A program made the translations under genes and the position numbers. DNA of 62,437 nucleotides, filler included, from Planctomycetota bacterium (GTDB taxonomy: Bacteria; Planctomycetota; Planctomycetia; JALXBF01), in the NCBI GenBank assembly GCA_026991575.1. It is 5 parts of 5 records of this genome, joined end to end, with 100 filler letters (N's around TTAATTAATTAA, not from the genome) between each part and the next. Parts side by side here need not be neighbours in the genome. Positions count along the whole stretch, not along the records: positions 1 to 25,753 come from JALXBF010000028.1; 4 more parts are not named here. One strand, given 5' to 3'. Positions 10,976 to 20,139 of this stretch are shown here, one piece after another. Below the pieces are notes generated by a model, which worked only from the letters and a program-made list of their open reading frames with translations, had not been told where the DNA came from and did not search any database. The stretch's first letter is position 1; every line of letters starts with the position of its first letter.

Positions 10976-12187
10976 ATGCCAGGGACCAGCTCACGACGCA
11001 CGTTCCTGCGTTGGGCAACCGTCTCCTCTCTGCTCACCTCCACCTCCCTGCTGGCTGCTGCCCGCCACAGCCGAACGGTCGAGCCTACTGATGGCCGTCG
11101 CCAACGGCGCCTCTACCTCAGACGACTTGAGCAGTCGGTCCAGGCAACGCTTTCATCCGGAGCCGAACTCAGCGATCGCCAGCGATTTCTCGGCGGGCTG
11201 CTAAGCATAGAACGCCTCTACGTGATCGACGACGACATCGTGCTGGAAGGCCCGGCGGTCGACAAGTGGCGGCTATTCCAGGGCCACACGGCACTGGCCG
11301 AACCAGGGGCTCAGACCCCCTTGCTGTGCCTGGATGATCTGGTCATTGCGTTGCGCAACGTCTACCACGGCAACCCGCCGCCGCTGCTGTCGCTGGAACC
11401 GAGGCGTGAGTCTTTGCAAGCGGTCCGGAACGTTCTCCGACGCTTTGGACTGCCACGCAATCGAGCGGCCGTGCGCGAGCTGGAACACGAAATCCGCCGG
11501 GTCTGGGGTAAGCAGGACGCGGTGCTTGAAGGGGTCCCACGGCAAACGCGCTTTGCACTCGTGATGACCTACGCCGACTGGGAGATGAAGCGGCTGTCGC
11601 TCGGCCTGCGGCGCGCCCCGGGCGTAGAGCTACAAGCCTACGTGGACATGGAGTTCCAGGACTACGTCTCGGCCGTCCGGACGCACGGCCCCCGCGCGAA
11701 GCCTCCTGCTCTGGGCAGCCGGTTCTGGTTCATGGCCAGCGACGAGCCGTTCGTTCGATCGGTGGACCACCGGGCGTACAGGTTTCCGCGGCGTCCGCTG
11801 CAGCTTGCGACCGAAGGCTACTTCCGCTCGAAGACGTTCCAACGGGTAGACGTGCAGCCCACGCCGGCAGCACGGCGCTTCGCGGCAGAGTTCACTGCCT
11901 GTTTCGACAAGCTGGCTGGCCAGCTGGCCGTCTTCCACGACCTCCGCAACCTCTTTCACCTGGTGGCCCTGGCCAAGCTCCTGCAGAAACTCCGTCTGCC
12001 AGAGCAGCTGAACTGGGATCTGTCGTTTTGGCTGGAACGCTATCCGGTGCGGGCGGTTGCGGCCCCGAGGCAAATGCCGGGGCTCGCGGTTGTCCGGTGG
12101 GACGAGGTAAGGCTCGACGATGGCCGGACCACGGCACGACTGTTCTTTCCGGCCTGGGGAGGGGTACAGATCGATCCGGTGCTCTAG
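10976..12187 (+). CDS. DUF1598 family protein with Tat signal
   Basis: SRRTFL twin-arginine motif; LDDLVIALR, ADWEMKRLSLG, RFWF, FHDLRNLF, C-terminal GGVQIDP. Confidence 0.75.
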   Translation: MPGTSSRRTFLRWATVSSLLTSTSLLAAARHSRTVEPTDGRRQRRLYLRRLEQSVQATLSSGAELSDRQRFLGGLLSIERLYVIDDDIVLEGPAVDKWRLFQGHTALAEPGAQTPLLCLDDLVIALRNVYHGNPPPLLSLEPRRESLQAVRNVLRRFGLPRNRAAVRELEHEIRRVWGKQDAVLEGVPRQTRFALVMTYADWEMKRLSLGLRRAPGVELQAYVDMEFQDYVSAVRTHGPRAKPPALGSRFWFMASDEPFVRSVDHRAYRFPRRPLQLATEGYFRSKTFQRVDVQPTPAARRFAAEFTACFDKLAGQLAVFHDLRNLFHLVALAKLLQKLRLPEQLNWDLSFWLERYPVRAVAAPRQMPGLAVVRWDEVRLDDGRTTARLFFPAWGGVQIDPVL

Positions 12188-12406
12188 CGGGCCATGCGCG
12201 CAGCAGCCGACCGGGCGACGGCGGGTGCCCGATCATCCCCGCTTGGCCCCTGATGCAATCGCCTCGCGGCCGATTGTCGTGATCCGCCGGGTGGGCGTCA
12301 TCGGAACGGTGGCGTCTCCCGAGCTGTTGCATACTCGGGGCGATCACACGCGTGCCTTGGATGCGCGATCGGGGACGATCGGGCGCAGGGGGGTTAGTCT
12401 GGCCGC

Positions 12407-13324
12407 TTACCAGTACGTCTCGAAGTGGATGTTGCCCGGGTCCTTCGGATGGTGGATCTTGAAACCGCGTCGAACGAGCAACTCCACCGCACCGGTCGGC
12501 TGGGGAAAGACCAGATTGCCCTGCTCGTCTTTCTTCGGCGGACCGATCATGGCCGGGTTGCCGCAGAGGAAAACATGCGTGCAGGACGGATCAAGCTGCC
12601 AGCCGAGCCGCTCTTCGAGCTCTCCGCTGCGCAGGATGTCCTGGATGTACTTCTTCTCGCGGACTTCCGGGTCGCGCGTGGTCAGCGTGATGTATCGATA
12701 GTTCGGGCGGTACTGCTCGAGCCGCCGGTGGGCCTGTAGGTAAGCGAGGTCACGGCTATAGCGGACGCACACCACGGAACCGATAGGGCCCCGATGGCCC
12801 GAGCGCACGAGTTCCAGGATCATCTTGTTGTGCGGCGCTTCGCCCGTGCCGGTGGCCAGGAACAGCACGCGGTCGTCCGGTTGCACGCCATCCAGTGTGT
12901 AGTGTCCGGTGATCTTTGGGCCGCAAACTAAGCGATCTCCCTCCTTGAGCCGGAACAGTCGCGGGGTCAACGCCGGCGGTTTACCGTTTGCGCGCTTGAC
13001 CAGAACGATGTAGAACTCAAGTTCCGTTTCGTCCTCGGGCCGAATCAGATCGCCATCGCGCCAGATCGAGCTGGAGATCGAGTAGGCGCGGCGGACCACT
13101 TTCCGCACCTGATCCTCGGCCAGTTCCTCCGGCTGTGCCTCGGGCACGCGCGGCTCCCAGTAGCCCAGTCCGAGCGTGGTGTACTGGCCCGGCTTGTACG
13201 GGGGAATCGGAAAATCCGGCCTAACCCTCAGAATCATCAGCTCATCATGTGGCTTGTAGAGGTAGGCGACGGTCGCGTTGTAGTACTTCTGCCGCAGTTG
13301 CGCGATCTCTTCCGGGCTGAGCAT
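12407..13324 (-). CDS. fpr: Ferredoxin--NADP+ reductase
   Basis: GQYTTLG, RAYSISS, ATGTGEAP, CGNPAMI, C-terminal ETYW; AGGAG RBS before the ATG at 13324. Confidence 0.9.
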   Translation of the reverse strand: MLSPEEIAQLRQKYYNATVAYLYKPHDELMILRVRPDFPIPPYKPGQYTTLGLGYWEPRVPEAQPEELAEDQVRKVVRRAYSISSSIWRDGDLIRPEDETELEFYIVLVKRANGKPPALTPRLFRLKEGDRLVCGPKITGHYTLDGVQPDDRVLFLATGTGEAPHNKMILELVRSGHRGPIGSVVCVRYSRDLAYLQAHRRLEQYRPNYRYITLTTRDPEVREKKYIQDILRSGELEERLGWQLDPSCTHVFLCGNPAMIGPPKKDEQGNLVFPQPTGAVELLVRRGFKIHHPKDPGNIHFETYW

Positions 13325-13476
13325 CGCCGTACTCCTGTCCGGCGTGTTGAGCGTATGCGAAACGATCGCCATAGGCGCCCTCCCATTATCCCTCGTGCTG
13401 ACCCATTCCGCGTGGCGAGGAGACACACTCAAATGTAGGTCAAGCCTCAGCGCACCGCGAGGGCGCCTGGGTTGGT

Positions 13477-15357
13477 TCAAAGCCACTGAGCGGCCCAGTC
13501 GATGTCCAGGTCGTTCAACGTGGCGCGGGTGGGCAGGCCGGTGGCCGGGTCCCATCCCATGATCGCATAGTAGTCGCGCAGCCGCTCACGGAACAGGACC
13601 GGATCGATCCGTTCTCCCTTCAGCGGTCCGCTCTCGATCGGCTCGAACATTCGCGGCGGCAGATCGTCGCACGCAGTCCCCCGCCCCTCACGATGGTTGT
13701 AGATCCGGAACAGCGCCGAGCTCCGCTCTGCCGCCTTGCACAGCTCCCACAGCGAGATGTCCCAGCCGGTGACCCCGCGGAGGTAGTCCTCCATCGTGTG
13801 CAGGTCGAGGCTGCCGATTGGAACGCCGACGAAGCAGCACATGCCAATGATGTTGTAGAAGCTCCACAGCTTCTGAGCGTAAGCGAACGCCTTCACTTTG
13901 CGCGGGCTGAAATCAAGCATCGCCACCGGCTCGATCAGCCCCAGGGGCGCAAGGGCATGCTTACCCGGGAAGAACCCCTCAAACAGTGGATCGTGCGGCG
14001 CTTCCATGTGGTCGGCACCGGTGGGGCTGGTGGCATACGCCAGGGCCAAGCTCTTCTTGCCTCGTGGCTCGTGCATCGGTAGCTCTTGACCGCGTACATG
14101 GAGCGCGATCCGCTCAGCCGCCGGCCCCAGCCGCTTGGCAGCACGAGCAACCCCGTCGGCAAGCAACGCGCCGATGCCTCTTCGATGGGCGATCAGCTCG
14201 ATCAGCCGTACGACAACGTCCGGATCACCAAAGCGGAGCTTCAGGCCGTCGGTATCGGCCTCGGTCAGCAAGCCGCGTTCATAGGCCTCGATCGCAAAGG
14301 CGATGACGGCGCCCGTGGAGATGGAATCCAGCACGTACTTGGCACAGAGCTGGTTCGCCAGCGCGATCTTTTTCAGATCCCCTACCGCGTTCAACGAACC
14401 GAGGGCTGCGATCGATTCGTACTCCGGCCCCCCGTACTTCGGCACCACACCGAGTTCCGGCACCGCGACCTCCCGCTTGCACGCAACCGCACACGCGTAG
14501 CAGGTGCCTCGACGGGTGAGGATCGTCTCGGCCATGCGCTGGCCGGTGATGTTCTCAAACTGGTCAAAAACGCCGGTGCGGAAGTTATAGGTGGGCAGGA
14601 TCCCATCGCGCTGCAAGTTCTTCACGCCTCGGGCTGTGCCATAGAGATGCATCGTATCGGAGCGGCGATCGTACACGGAGTTGAAGTGCCGTTGAGCACG
14701 TCGGGCCAACTCCGGCTCAGCCGGCACAACCCGGCCCTTGCCCACGGCAACGACAGCCTTCAGGTTCTTTGACGCCATGACCGCCCCGAGCCCACAGCGG
14801 CCGTGGAAGTGCTTGCAGTTGTTGACCAGAGCGGCAAACCGCACCCGGTTCTCGCCGGCGATCCCGGTCTGCAGCACGACGGCTCTCGGTTCAGCCAGGT
14901 CATCCTTGAGCCGTTCGTCCACCTCGGCGGCCTCGCGGCCCCAGTACTGGCGCCCGTCGCGCAGCTCCCAGCCCCCCTCATAAACCACCAACACCACCGG
15001 CCGCTCCGCCTTCCCCGTAATCAAGATGGCGTCGTAGCCAGCCTGCTTCAGGGCCGGCCCCCAGAATCCCCCTGCCTCACTTTCGCCGAAGGCGAGCGTC
15101 AGCGGACTCTTGGCCACCACCGAGTAGCGGTTTGCCCCCGACATGGCCGTACCGTTCATGGCACTGGTGGCAATGATCAGCGGTGCGCGCGGATCGTAGG
15201 GGTCAAGACCGGGGGGAGTTTCGCGTAGCAGGTAGTACACGCCCAGCAGCCCCCCACCCAGGTAGCGGCGGAGGAAGCCTTCCTCCAACCGCTCCACGCG
15301 CCCTGTGCCACCAGTTAGATCGATCCGCAGCAGGCGTCCGGCAAAGCCACCCGGCAT
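13477..15357 (-). CDS. Aldehyde:ferredoxin oxidoreductase (tungsten-pterin AOR family)
   Basis: LRIDLT, KSPLT, GRCGLGAVMASKNLKA, CYACAVAC Fe-S motif, GPEYE, YYAIMGWD..GLPT. Confidence 0.93.
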   Translation of the reverse strand: MPGGFAGRLLRIDLTGGTGRVERLEEGFLRRYLGGGLLGVYYLLRETPPGLDPYDPRAPLIIATSAMNGTAMSGANRYSVVAKSPLTLAFGESEAGGFWGPALKQAGYDAILITGKAERPVVLVVYEGGWELRDGRQYWGREAAEVDERLKDDLAEPRAVVLQTGIAGENRVRFAALVNNCKHFHGRCGLGAVMASKNLKAVVAVGKGRVVPAEPELARRAQRHFNSVYDRRSDTMHLYGTARGVKNLQRDGILPTYNFRTGVFDQFENITGQRMAETILTRRGTCYACAVACKREVAVPELGVVPKYGGPEYESIAALGSLNAVGDLKKIALANQLCAKYVLDSISTGAVIAFAIEAYERGLLTEADTDGLKLRFGDPDVVVRLIELIAHRRGIGALLADGVARAAKRLGPAAERIALHVRGQELPMHEPRGKKSLALAYATSPTGADHMEAPHDPLFEGFFPGKHALAPLGLIEPVAMLDFSPRKVKAFAYAQKLWSFYNIIGMCCFVGVPIGSLDLHTMEDYLRGVTGWDISLWELCKAAERSSALFRIYNHREGRGTACDDLPPRMFEPIESGPLKGERIDPVLFRERLRDYYAIMGWDPATGLPTRATLNDLDIDWAAQWL

Positions 15358-15460
15358 GGTCCACTCCTCGCGCTGCAGAACATCTCGTCGTCATCGCCGC
15401 CGTGGACGTTCCATCATAATAGGAAGAGCGTCGTGACCAACCTGCCGGAGAGTCCCTGTC

Positions 15461-16126
15461 ATGTTGCCACGCGTTCTGGAACCGGAGGCAATGGATAGCG
15501 AGGAAGAGGCACGTGAGTACGACGAGATGGATCATTCGGAAGTCAACCGCCTCTTCGTCGCCGACTTCCTCGCCACCTCCCCATCCCTGCACACGGTCGT
15601 CGACCTAGGCACCGGCACGGCTCGGATCCCGATCGAGCTGTGCCGGCAGGCACCGTCGGCGCGCGTGCTGGCAGTGGATGTCGCCCAGTGGATGCTCCGC
15701 CGCGGTCGTTCGAATGTGCAGCAGGCTGGCTACAGTGACCGTATCCTGCTGCTTCGAGCCAACGCCCGCCGGCTGCCACTGGTCGACGGCGCCGCGGCGT
15801 CGGTCATGTCCAACAGCCTAATCCATCACATCCCTGAACCCGCCGAGGTGCTGGGAGAGATGGTCCGCATTCTCGCCCCCGGCGGCGTCCTCTTCATCCG
15901 CGACCTCATGCGACCGCACTCGCAGCAAGAGCTGCAACGGCTCGTGACACTTTACGCCAGCAACACCACAGCCAAGCAGCGTGCCATGTTCGCAGCCTCG
16001 CTGCATGCAGCCCTTACCGTGCCGGAGGTGCAAGCCCTTGGTCGGCGCTTCGGAATCCAGCCTGAGTCGGTTCGCCCCACCTCCGATCGTCACTGGACGC
16101 TGCTCTGGCGCCGTCCGCACGCCTAG
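15461..16126 (+). CDS. Class I SAM-dependent methyltransferase
   Basis: PRVLEPEAMD N-terminus, VDLGTGTA motif I, SNSLIHHI. Confidence 0.9.
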   Translation: MLPRVLEPEAMDSEEEAREYDEMDHSEVNRLFVADFLATSPSLHTVVDLGTGTARIPIELCRQAPSARVLAVDVAQWMLRRGRSNVQQAGYSDRILLLRANARRLPLVDGAAASVMSNSLIHHIPEPAEVLGEMVRILAPGGVLFIRDLMRPHSQQELQRLVTLYASNTTAKQRAMFAASLHAALTVPEVQALGRRFGIQPESVRPTSDRHWTLLWRRPHA

Positions 16127-17166
16127 CGGTCAGCAATATCGCGGAACGTCACCCGCCACCAGAGCCGGTCGCGGGATACCGGTCTGCCGTTGATCTCGGC
16201 ATGAGGGTAAACGAAGTAATTCAACTGCCCGGCAGCCGCCGGCGGCACTAGCGGTATGTCTCGACCGACGCTCAGCGCCACTCGGTTCTCGGTCAGATTG
16301 CCGAAATAGTACTCCGTAAGCGCGGGGTGCTTATCGGCCTCGGAGATGTCCACCGGTATCCACCCGATGCCGTCGACGTGGAAATACGCCCAGCAGTGGT
16401 AGCCCGGTATCACGCCATGGCCGCGTCGCTCCGGTAACGGGAAGCCAATCACGAATCGAGTGGGGATTCCGTAGTAGCGGGTCATGGCCATGAAAAGGCT
16501 GTGGAAGTCGGTGCAGTTCCCATAGCCGGCCTGGCAGGCCCACTCGACGCTGCCCCGTCCCCATCCGGTCCCCACCTTACGGTAGGTCATATGAGCCAGT
16601 ACCTTGTGGTAAATCGCATACGCCAGCCTGACTTCGTCCCCTTCGGAAGGAAGGCCCCGTAAGAGCCGCAGCGCAGGTCCGCCGACGGGAACCAGCCGAC
16701 TAGGGCTCAGGTACAGCTGCCGCTGCGTCTCGGACAGCTGCACCGGTACCACGTTGCTGGCTCCCTGGAACGCCCTGCCCCGATGTCCGCCAAAGACCGG
16801 AGCCCTCACTTCGACGCGCGTCAACTCAAGCTCCACCTGCACCGCCGCGCCCTCAACGGGCCCGGTCCACCGGGCAAACAGGATCTGGTTGCCGTAGCGG
16901 GGATCGCGGGTCAGTTGTATCCGGCCAGCGCCCCGAATTCGCACGCCATGCAGCCGCTGGTGCGGCGAATCATGCCACAGCGGCAGCCACAGCTGTACCG
17001 CCGTTCCAGGGTGCACGTCGCGCACACCAGCCTCATAGCGCAACACGAACCGCCGCGTAGCCGGTTGGCTCCGGTTCGAATCGTCCGAGCACTGAGCCGC
17101 CGAAACGACGAGCAGGACGGTCAGCAGCGCGGTGCGCAGCTGATGGCAAAGGGCTCTGCAGTACAT
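16123..17166 (-). CDS. Transglutaminase-like domain protein, exported
   Basis: GNCTDFHSLF (Cys), YHCWA (His), WIPVD (Asp) triad; signal peptide. Confidence 0.9.
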   Translation of the reverse strand: MYCRALCHQLRTALLTVLLVVSAAQCSDDSNRSQPATRRFVLRYEAGVRDVHPGTAVQLWLPLWHDSPHQRLHGVRIRGAGRIQLTRDPRYGNQILFARWTGPVEGAAVQVELELTRVEVRAPVFGGHRGRAFQGASNVVPVQLSETQRQLYLSPSRLVPVGGPALRLLRGLPSEGDEVRLAYAIYHKVLAHMTYRKVGTGWGRGSVEWACQAGYGNCTDFHSLFMAMTRYYGIPTRFVIGFPLPERRGHGVIPGYHCWAYFHVDGIGWIPVDISEADKHPALTEYYFGNLTENRVALSVGRDIPLVPPAAAGQLNYFVYPHAEINGRPVSRDRLWWRVTFRDIADR

Positions 17167-17465
17167 CGCGTTACCTCAGCCGCCGGTGTGGAACACTATG
17201 GAACGGGACCAATGGAGGGGAAGGCTTATCGAGCGGGCTTGTCCGGGAGCGGACACGCCGTTCCACTAGGCAGACAGGTGTCACCCGAAGCCGGAGGTGG
17301 TAGTTCGAAGCCGGCTCCGTCGCAGTCGCAGGCGTGTTGGCTCAGGCAATGCGCGGCGGCAACACATCTTCTCTCGAACTATACGACCTCTCGCCATTAT
17401 GCGTTGGCATGCTGGCGGCTGTCAAGCACGCCGCAACTGGTCGGCTGCGGACACCCCGTCGGTAC

Positions 17466-17492
17466 TTGACTGTGTGTGTGTGTGTGTAGACT
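17466..17492 (+). promoter_or_regulatory. sigma70-like promoter with a (TG)8 spacer
   Basis: TTGACT (17466-17471), 15-nt spacer made entirely of the TG repeat, TAGACT (17487-17492); 30 nt upstream of the 17523 ATG. Confidence 0.65.
17471..17486. repeat. (TG)8 dinucleotide microsatellite
   Basis: tgtgtgtgtgtgtgtg read directly; no other such run was noticed in the window. Confidence 0.95.
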
Positions 17493-17522
17493 TCTGATGG
17501 TCGAAGGGAGGAAGCCTCCGTC

Positions 17523-18380
17523 ATGGCGGCGCGTCGGTTTTGGTGTGTGGTAGCGGGAATCGTGCTCTTGGCGGCCGCGGTGGCGAAGTTCCAGGCCGGG
17601 ACGAGGCTTGCGTACCTGCCGGGACCGCTTGGCGTGGTTGACGCTAGCTGGCCGGCCATTGAAGCTCTCGTAGGAGTAGTCGCGCTGGCTGGTGCCGGTA
17701 GACGGTTGCCCCATCTTGCCGTTACGGCCGTATTTACGCTCATCTTTCTCGTCGCTTTGTACGTGGTGCTGGCGGGCTACCCGTCGTGCGGATGCTTCGG
17801 CGCGGTGGAGATTCCGCCGCTGTTCGTCGCTATGTTGGACGCGGTGATTTTGGCCGGCCTACTGTCTGCTTTCTCGCGGCGGGCCACGACCGCCCTCTTG
17901 ACCGCTGGCGCCGGCCTTGTCGCGGCCGTGTGTACAGCATGGGCACTTGCGCCACCTCCAGCTCCGCTGTATCCATTGGCATGTGGAATCTGGGTGCACC
18001 GCAACGCCGCGGTGGTGCATCTCGACCCCGAGCTATGGCTGGACAGGCAGTGTCCTGTCGGCCTTGTAGGACCAGGCGGCAACGGGCCAACGGCGACGTG
18101 GTGCGTGCTGGTCCGTCCCGACTGTGCTCGCTGCAAGAACTGGGCAGCAGACTTCAAACGCCTTGCCAAGCGGACTGGTGCTAGCTTTCGCGAGTTTGTC
18201 ATTGGAAGCCACACGATGAAGATTGGGAGCGGGCGTTACGAAATCTGCGCGTGGCAGGACCCGGTTGCGTTTCTTGTGGACCGCCGCGGAACAGTGCGAC
18301 GGGTAGAGCCATTTGCCCAGAAGAAGGCTAGGCAGCGAGGGGCTCCACCCCGCTGCCCTATGCGCTACGGCGCGTCGTGA
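17523..18380 (+). CDS. MauE/DoxX family membrane protein with a C-terminal thioredoxin-like CxxC segment
   Basis: LLAAAVAK helix, E in helix 2, SCGCFG motif, about 5 TM segments; later RPDCARC and DPVAF. Confidence 0.75.
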   Translation: MAARRFWCVVAGIVLLAAAVAKFQAGTRLAYLPGPLGVVDASWPAIEALVGVVALAGAGRRLPHLAVTAVFTLIFLVALYVVLAGYPSCGCFGAVEIPPLFVAMLDAVILAGLLSAFSRRATTALLTAGAGLVAAVCTAWALAPPPAPLYPLACGIWVHRNAAVVHLDPELWLDRQCPVGLVGPGGNGPTATWCVLVRPDCARCKNWAADFKRLAKRTGASFREFVIGSHTMKIGSGRYEICAWQDPVAFLVDRRGTVRRVEPFAQKKARQRGAPPRCPMRYGAS

Positions 18381-18438
18381 CTGACGCGCGCTGCGGCGTG
18401 CAGGTGGGTCATTGATAACGCTTTGTGGAGGTGGTACA

Positions 18439-18738
18439 ATGCTTCGCGCTATTGCTGCTCTTGTCGGTCAGGCCACTGTGTGCCTTGTGTTCGGTTTTGC
18501 GCTTGGCCAGCTTGTCCCGTGGTCCGACATTGCGGTGGCGCAGCAGCGTGATCCCAGGTGCGACGGCGATAAAGTCTGCGACAGGGATTGCACGCTTACT
18601 TCCGGCGCTTGTAGCGGTGGCTGCAAGACCGAACAGGAACGCTGCAGGGACTGTGGCTGCTTCCGGGAGCAGACAAGCGACTTCCCTGCCTGTGTATGCG
18701 AGCTCTCCGCGGACGCCATCATCGGGGGGCGCGAGTAG
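18439..18738 (+). CDS. Small secreted cysteine-rich peptide (99 aa, 10 Cys in the mature part)
   Basis: GGAGGT RBS 6 nt before the ATG; hydrophobic signal ending AVA|QQ; CDGDKVCDRDCTLTSGACSGGCKTEQERCRDCGCFREQTSDFPACVC. Confidence 0.75.
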   Translation: MLRAIAALVGQATVCLVFGFALGQLVPWSDIAVAQQRDPRCDGDKVCDRDCTLTSGACSGGCKTEQERCRDCGCFREQTSDFPACVCELSADAIIGGRE

Positions 18739-18840
18739 CCGGCGCACGTGGGACGTGGATACCGGGCAAGCCCGGCGTTCCGCGAAGGCAGTAGTGCTGA
18801 GTGGTCGGGGATCTTGCTCGCAAGGGCATGGCCCGGAGAG

Positions 18841-19974
18841 ATGGCCATGGTTGTATGGGTCAGAGGTGGTGTGACCGGTGCGTGTGTCATCGTCACCTTG
18901 TTTGTCAGCCAGCTGCGCCTTTACGCTCAACACGATAGCCGCCTCACCCCGAGCGCCCTGCGTGCAGCGTGGCGCCGTTGGGCCGAGGCGTTCCAGGAAC
19001 TTGCTTGGGAAGGGGTTTATACGTCGAACGTCGAAGAGATCGTTTACCGCAAGAAGACAGCCTCATCCTCAAACTCCGAAGTAAACAGAGACGACCAGGG
19101 ACAAACAGAGCTAGAAAAGGAAATCCGCTCCACTTACCACTACACGTTCCTGTGCAAGTGGCCGGAAATCGTATGGCGAGTTCGTCGAGAGGAAACAATC
19201 ACCAGGCCGGGCCAGCGGCCAACGAGCACCACCAAGCTATCGGCTGGGCTTCTGCGGCAGGGCAGACTCTTTGTGCTGACCGGTAGCGAGAACGGGTGGG
19301 TAGTGCGATCGGTGTTGATGGACGCGTACGACCCCGCGGCACCGCCGGACTATTGGACGCTACTTACGGCGCCGCTGGACGGGCGGGCGGACCACAAACA
19401 ATTCCGATCCTTTGTGTGCGCCCCCATGCGGTACTTGTGTCGGTACCTAGATTCAGGCCGTTTGCGGTTCGATCGTGTGGAATCGACCGACGAAGGATTG
19501 GCGGTAGAATGGCATCTAGAGCTCGAAGGGCTGCCTGAAAACGAGCGTGTCGACCTGACTCCATGGCAGCGGGGCCGCTGGATCCTTGATCCAAACAACT
19601 CGTACATGATCGTGCATTCCGTAATTGCCGGGCCACTGTACCATGGCGGAACCTCAAGACAAGAAGTGAAGGTTCGCTACCGTCGGTACCGAGGGGTTCC
19701 TCTCATGACAGGCGGAAGCCTCCATTTAGTACTGGAGGACGAGAAGTACCTCAATCGATTTACATCGCAGTGGAGCCGTGAGATAGAGCGCGTCTCCACG
19801 GAGGTGGATCGTTCGAAGCTGACACTGACGCGGTTTGGCCTTCCAGACGAGCTTCGGATAGGCCCTCCGACGAAGGGCGTTCCCAGATGGTCTCGCTTGC
19901 TGGTGGCGGCGGTAGCGTTGTTGATTTGTGGCATGCTTCTATGGTGGGTGCGCAGTAGGAAGACGGCGCTCTGA
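18841..19974 (+). CDS. Exported hypothetical protein with a C-terminal membrane anchor
   Basis: N-terminal hydrophobic signal; beta-rich body; C-terminal LLVAAVALLICGMLLWW followed by basic RSRK; start uncertain. Confidence 0.7.
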   Translation: MAMVVWVRGGVTGACVIVTLFVSQLRLYAQHDSRLTPSALRAAWRRWAEAFQELAWEGVYTSNVEEIVYRKKTASSSNSEVNRDDQGQTELEKEIRSTYHYTFLCKWPEIVWRVRREETITRPGQRPTSTTKLSAGLLRQGRLFVLTGSENGWVVRSVLMDAYDPAAPPDYWTLLTAPLDGRADHKQFRSFVCAPMRYLCRYLDSGRLRFDRVESTDEGLAVEWHLELEGLPENERVDLTPWQRGRWILDPNNSYMIVHSVIAGPLYHGGTSRQEVKVRYRRYRGVPLMTGGSLHLVLEDEKYLNRFTSQWSREIERVSTEVDRSKLTLTRFGLPDELRIGPPTKGVPRWSRLLVAAVALLICGMLLWWVRSRKTAL

Positions 19975-20139
19975 GCGAACAGCGTGCTATTTGTGCAAAG
20001 GAATGGTGGGTTGCTCGTTGGCGGGTCGAGGCGAGCGGCGGTGAGAGGCGCCGCTTGGGGAACACAGGGGGGCAGACCGTACATGGCGCCCGTTGGACTC
20101 AGGTGCGGACACGGTCGAGGGCGGTGTGCGGGGGTGGGG

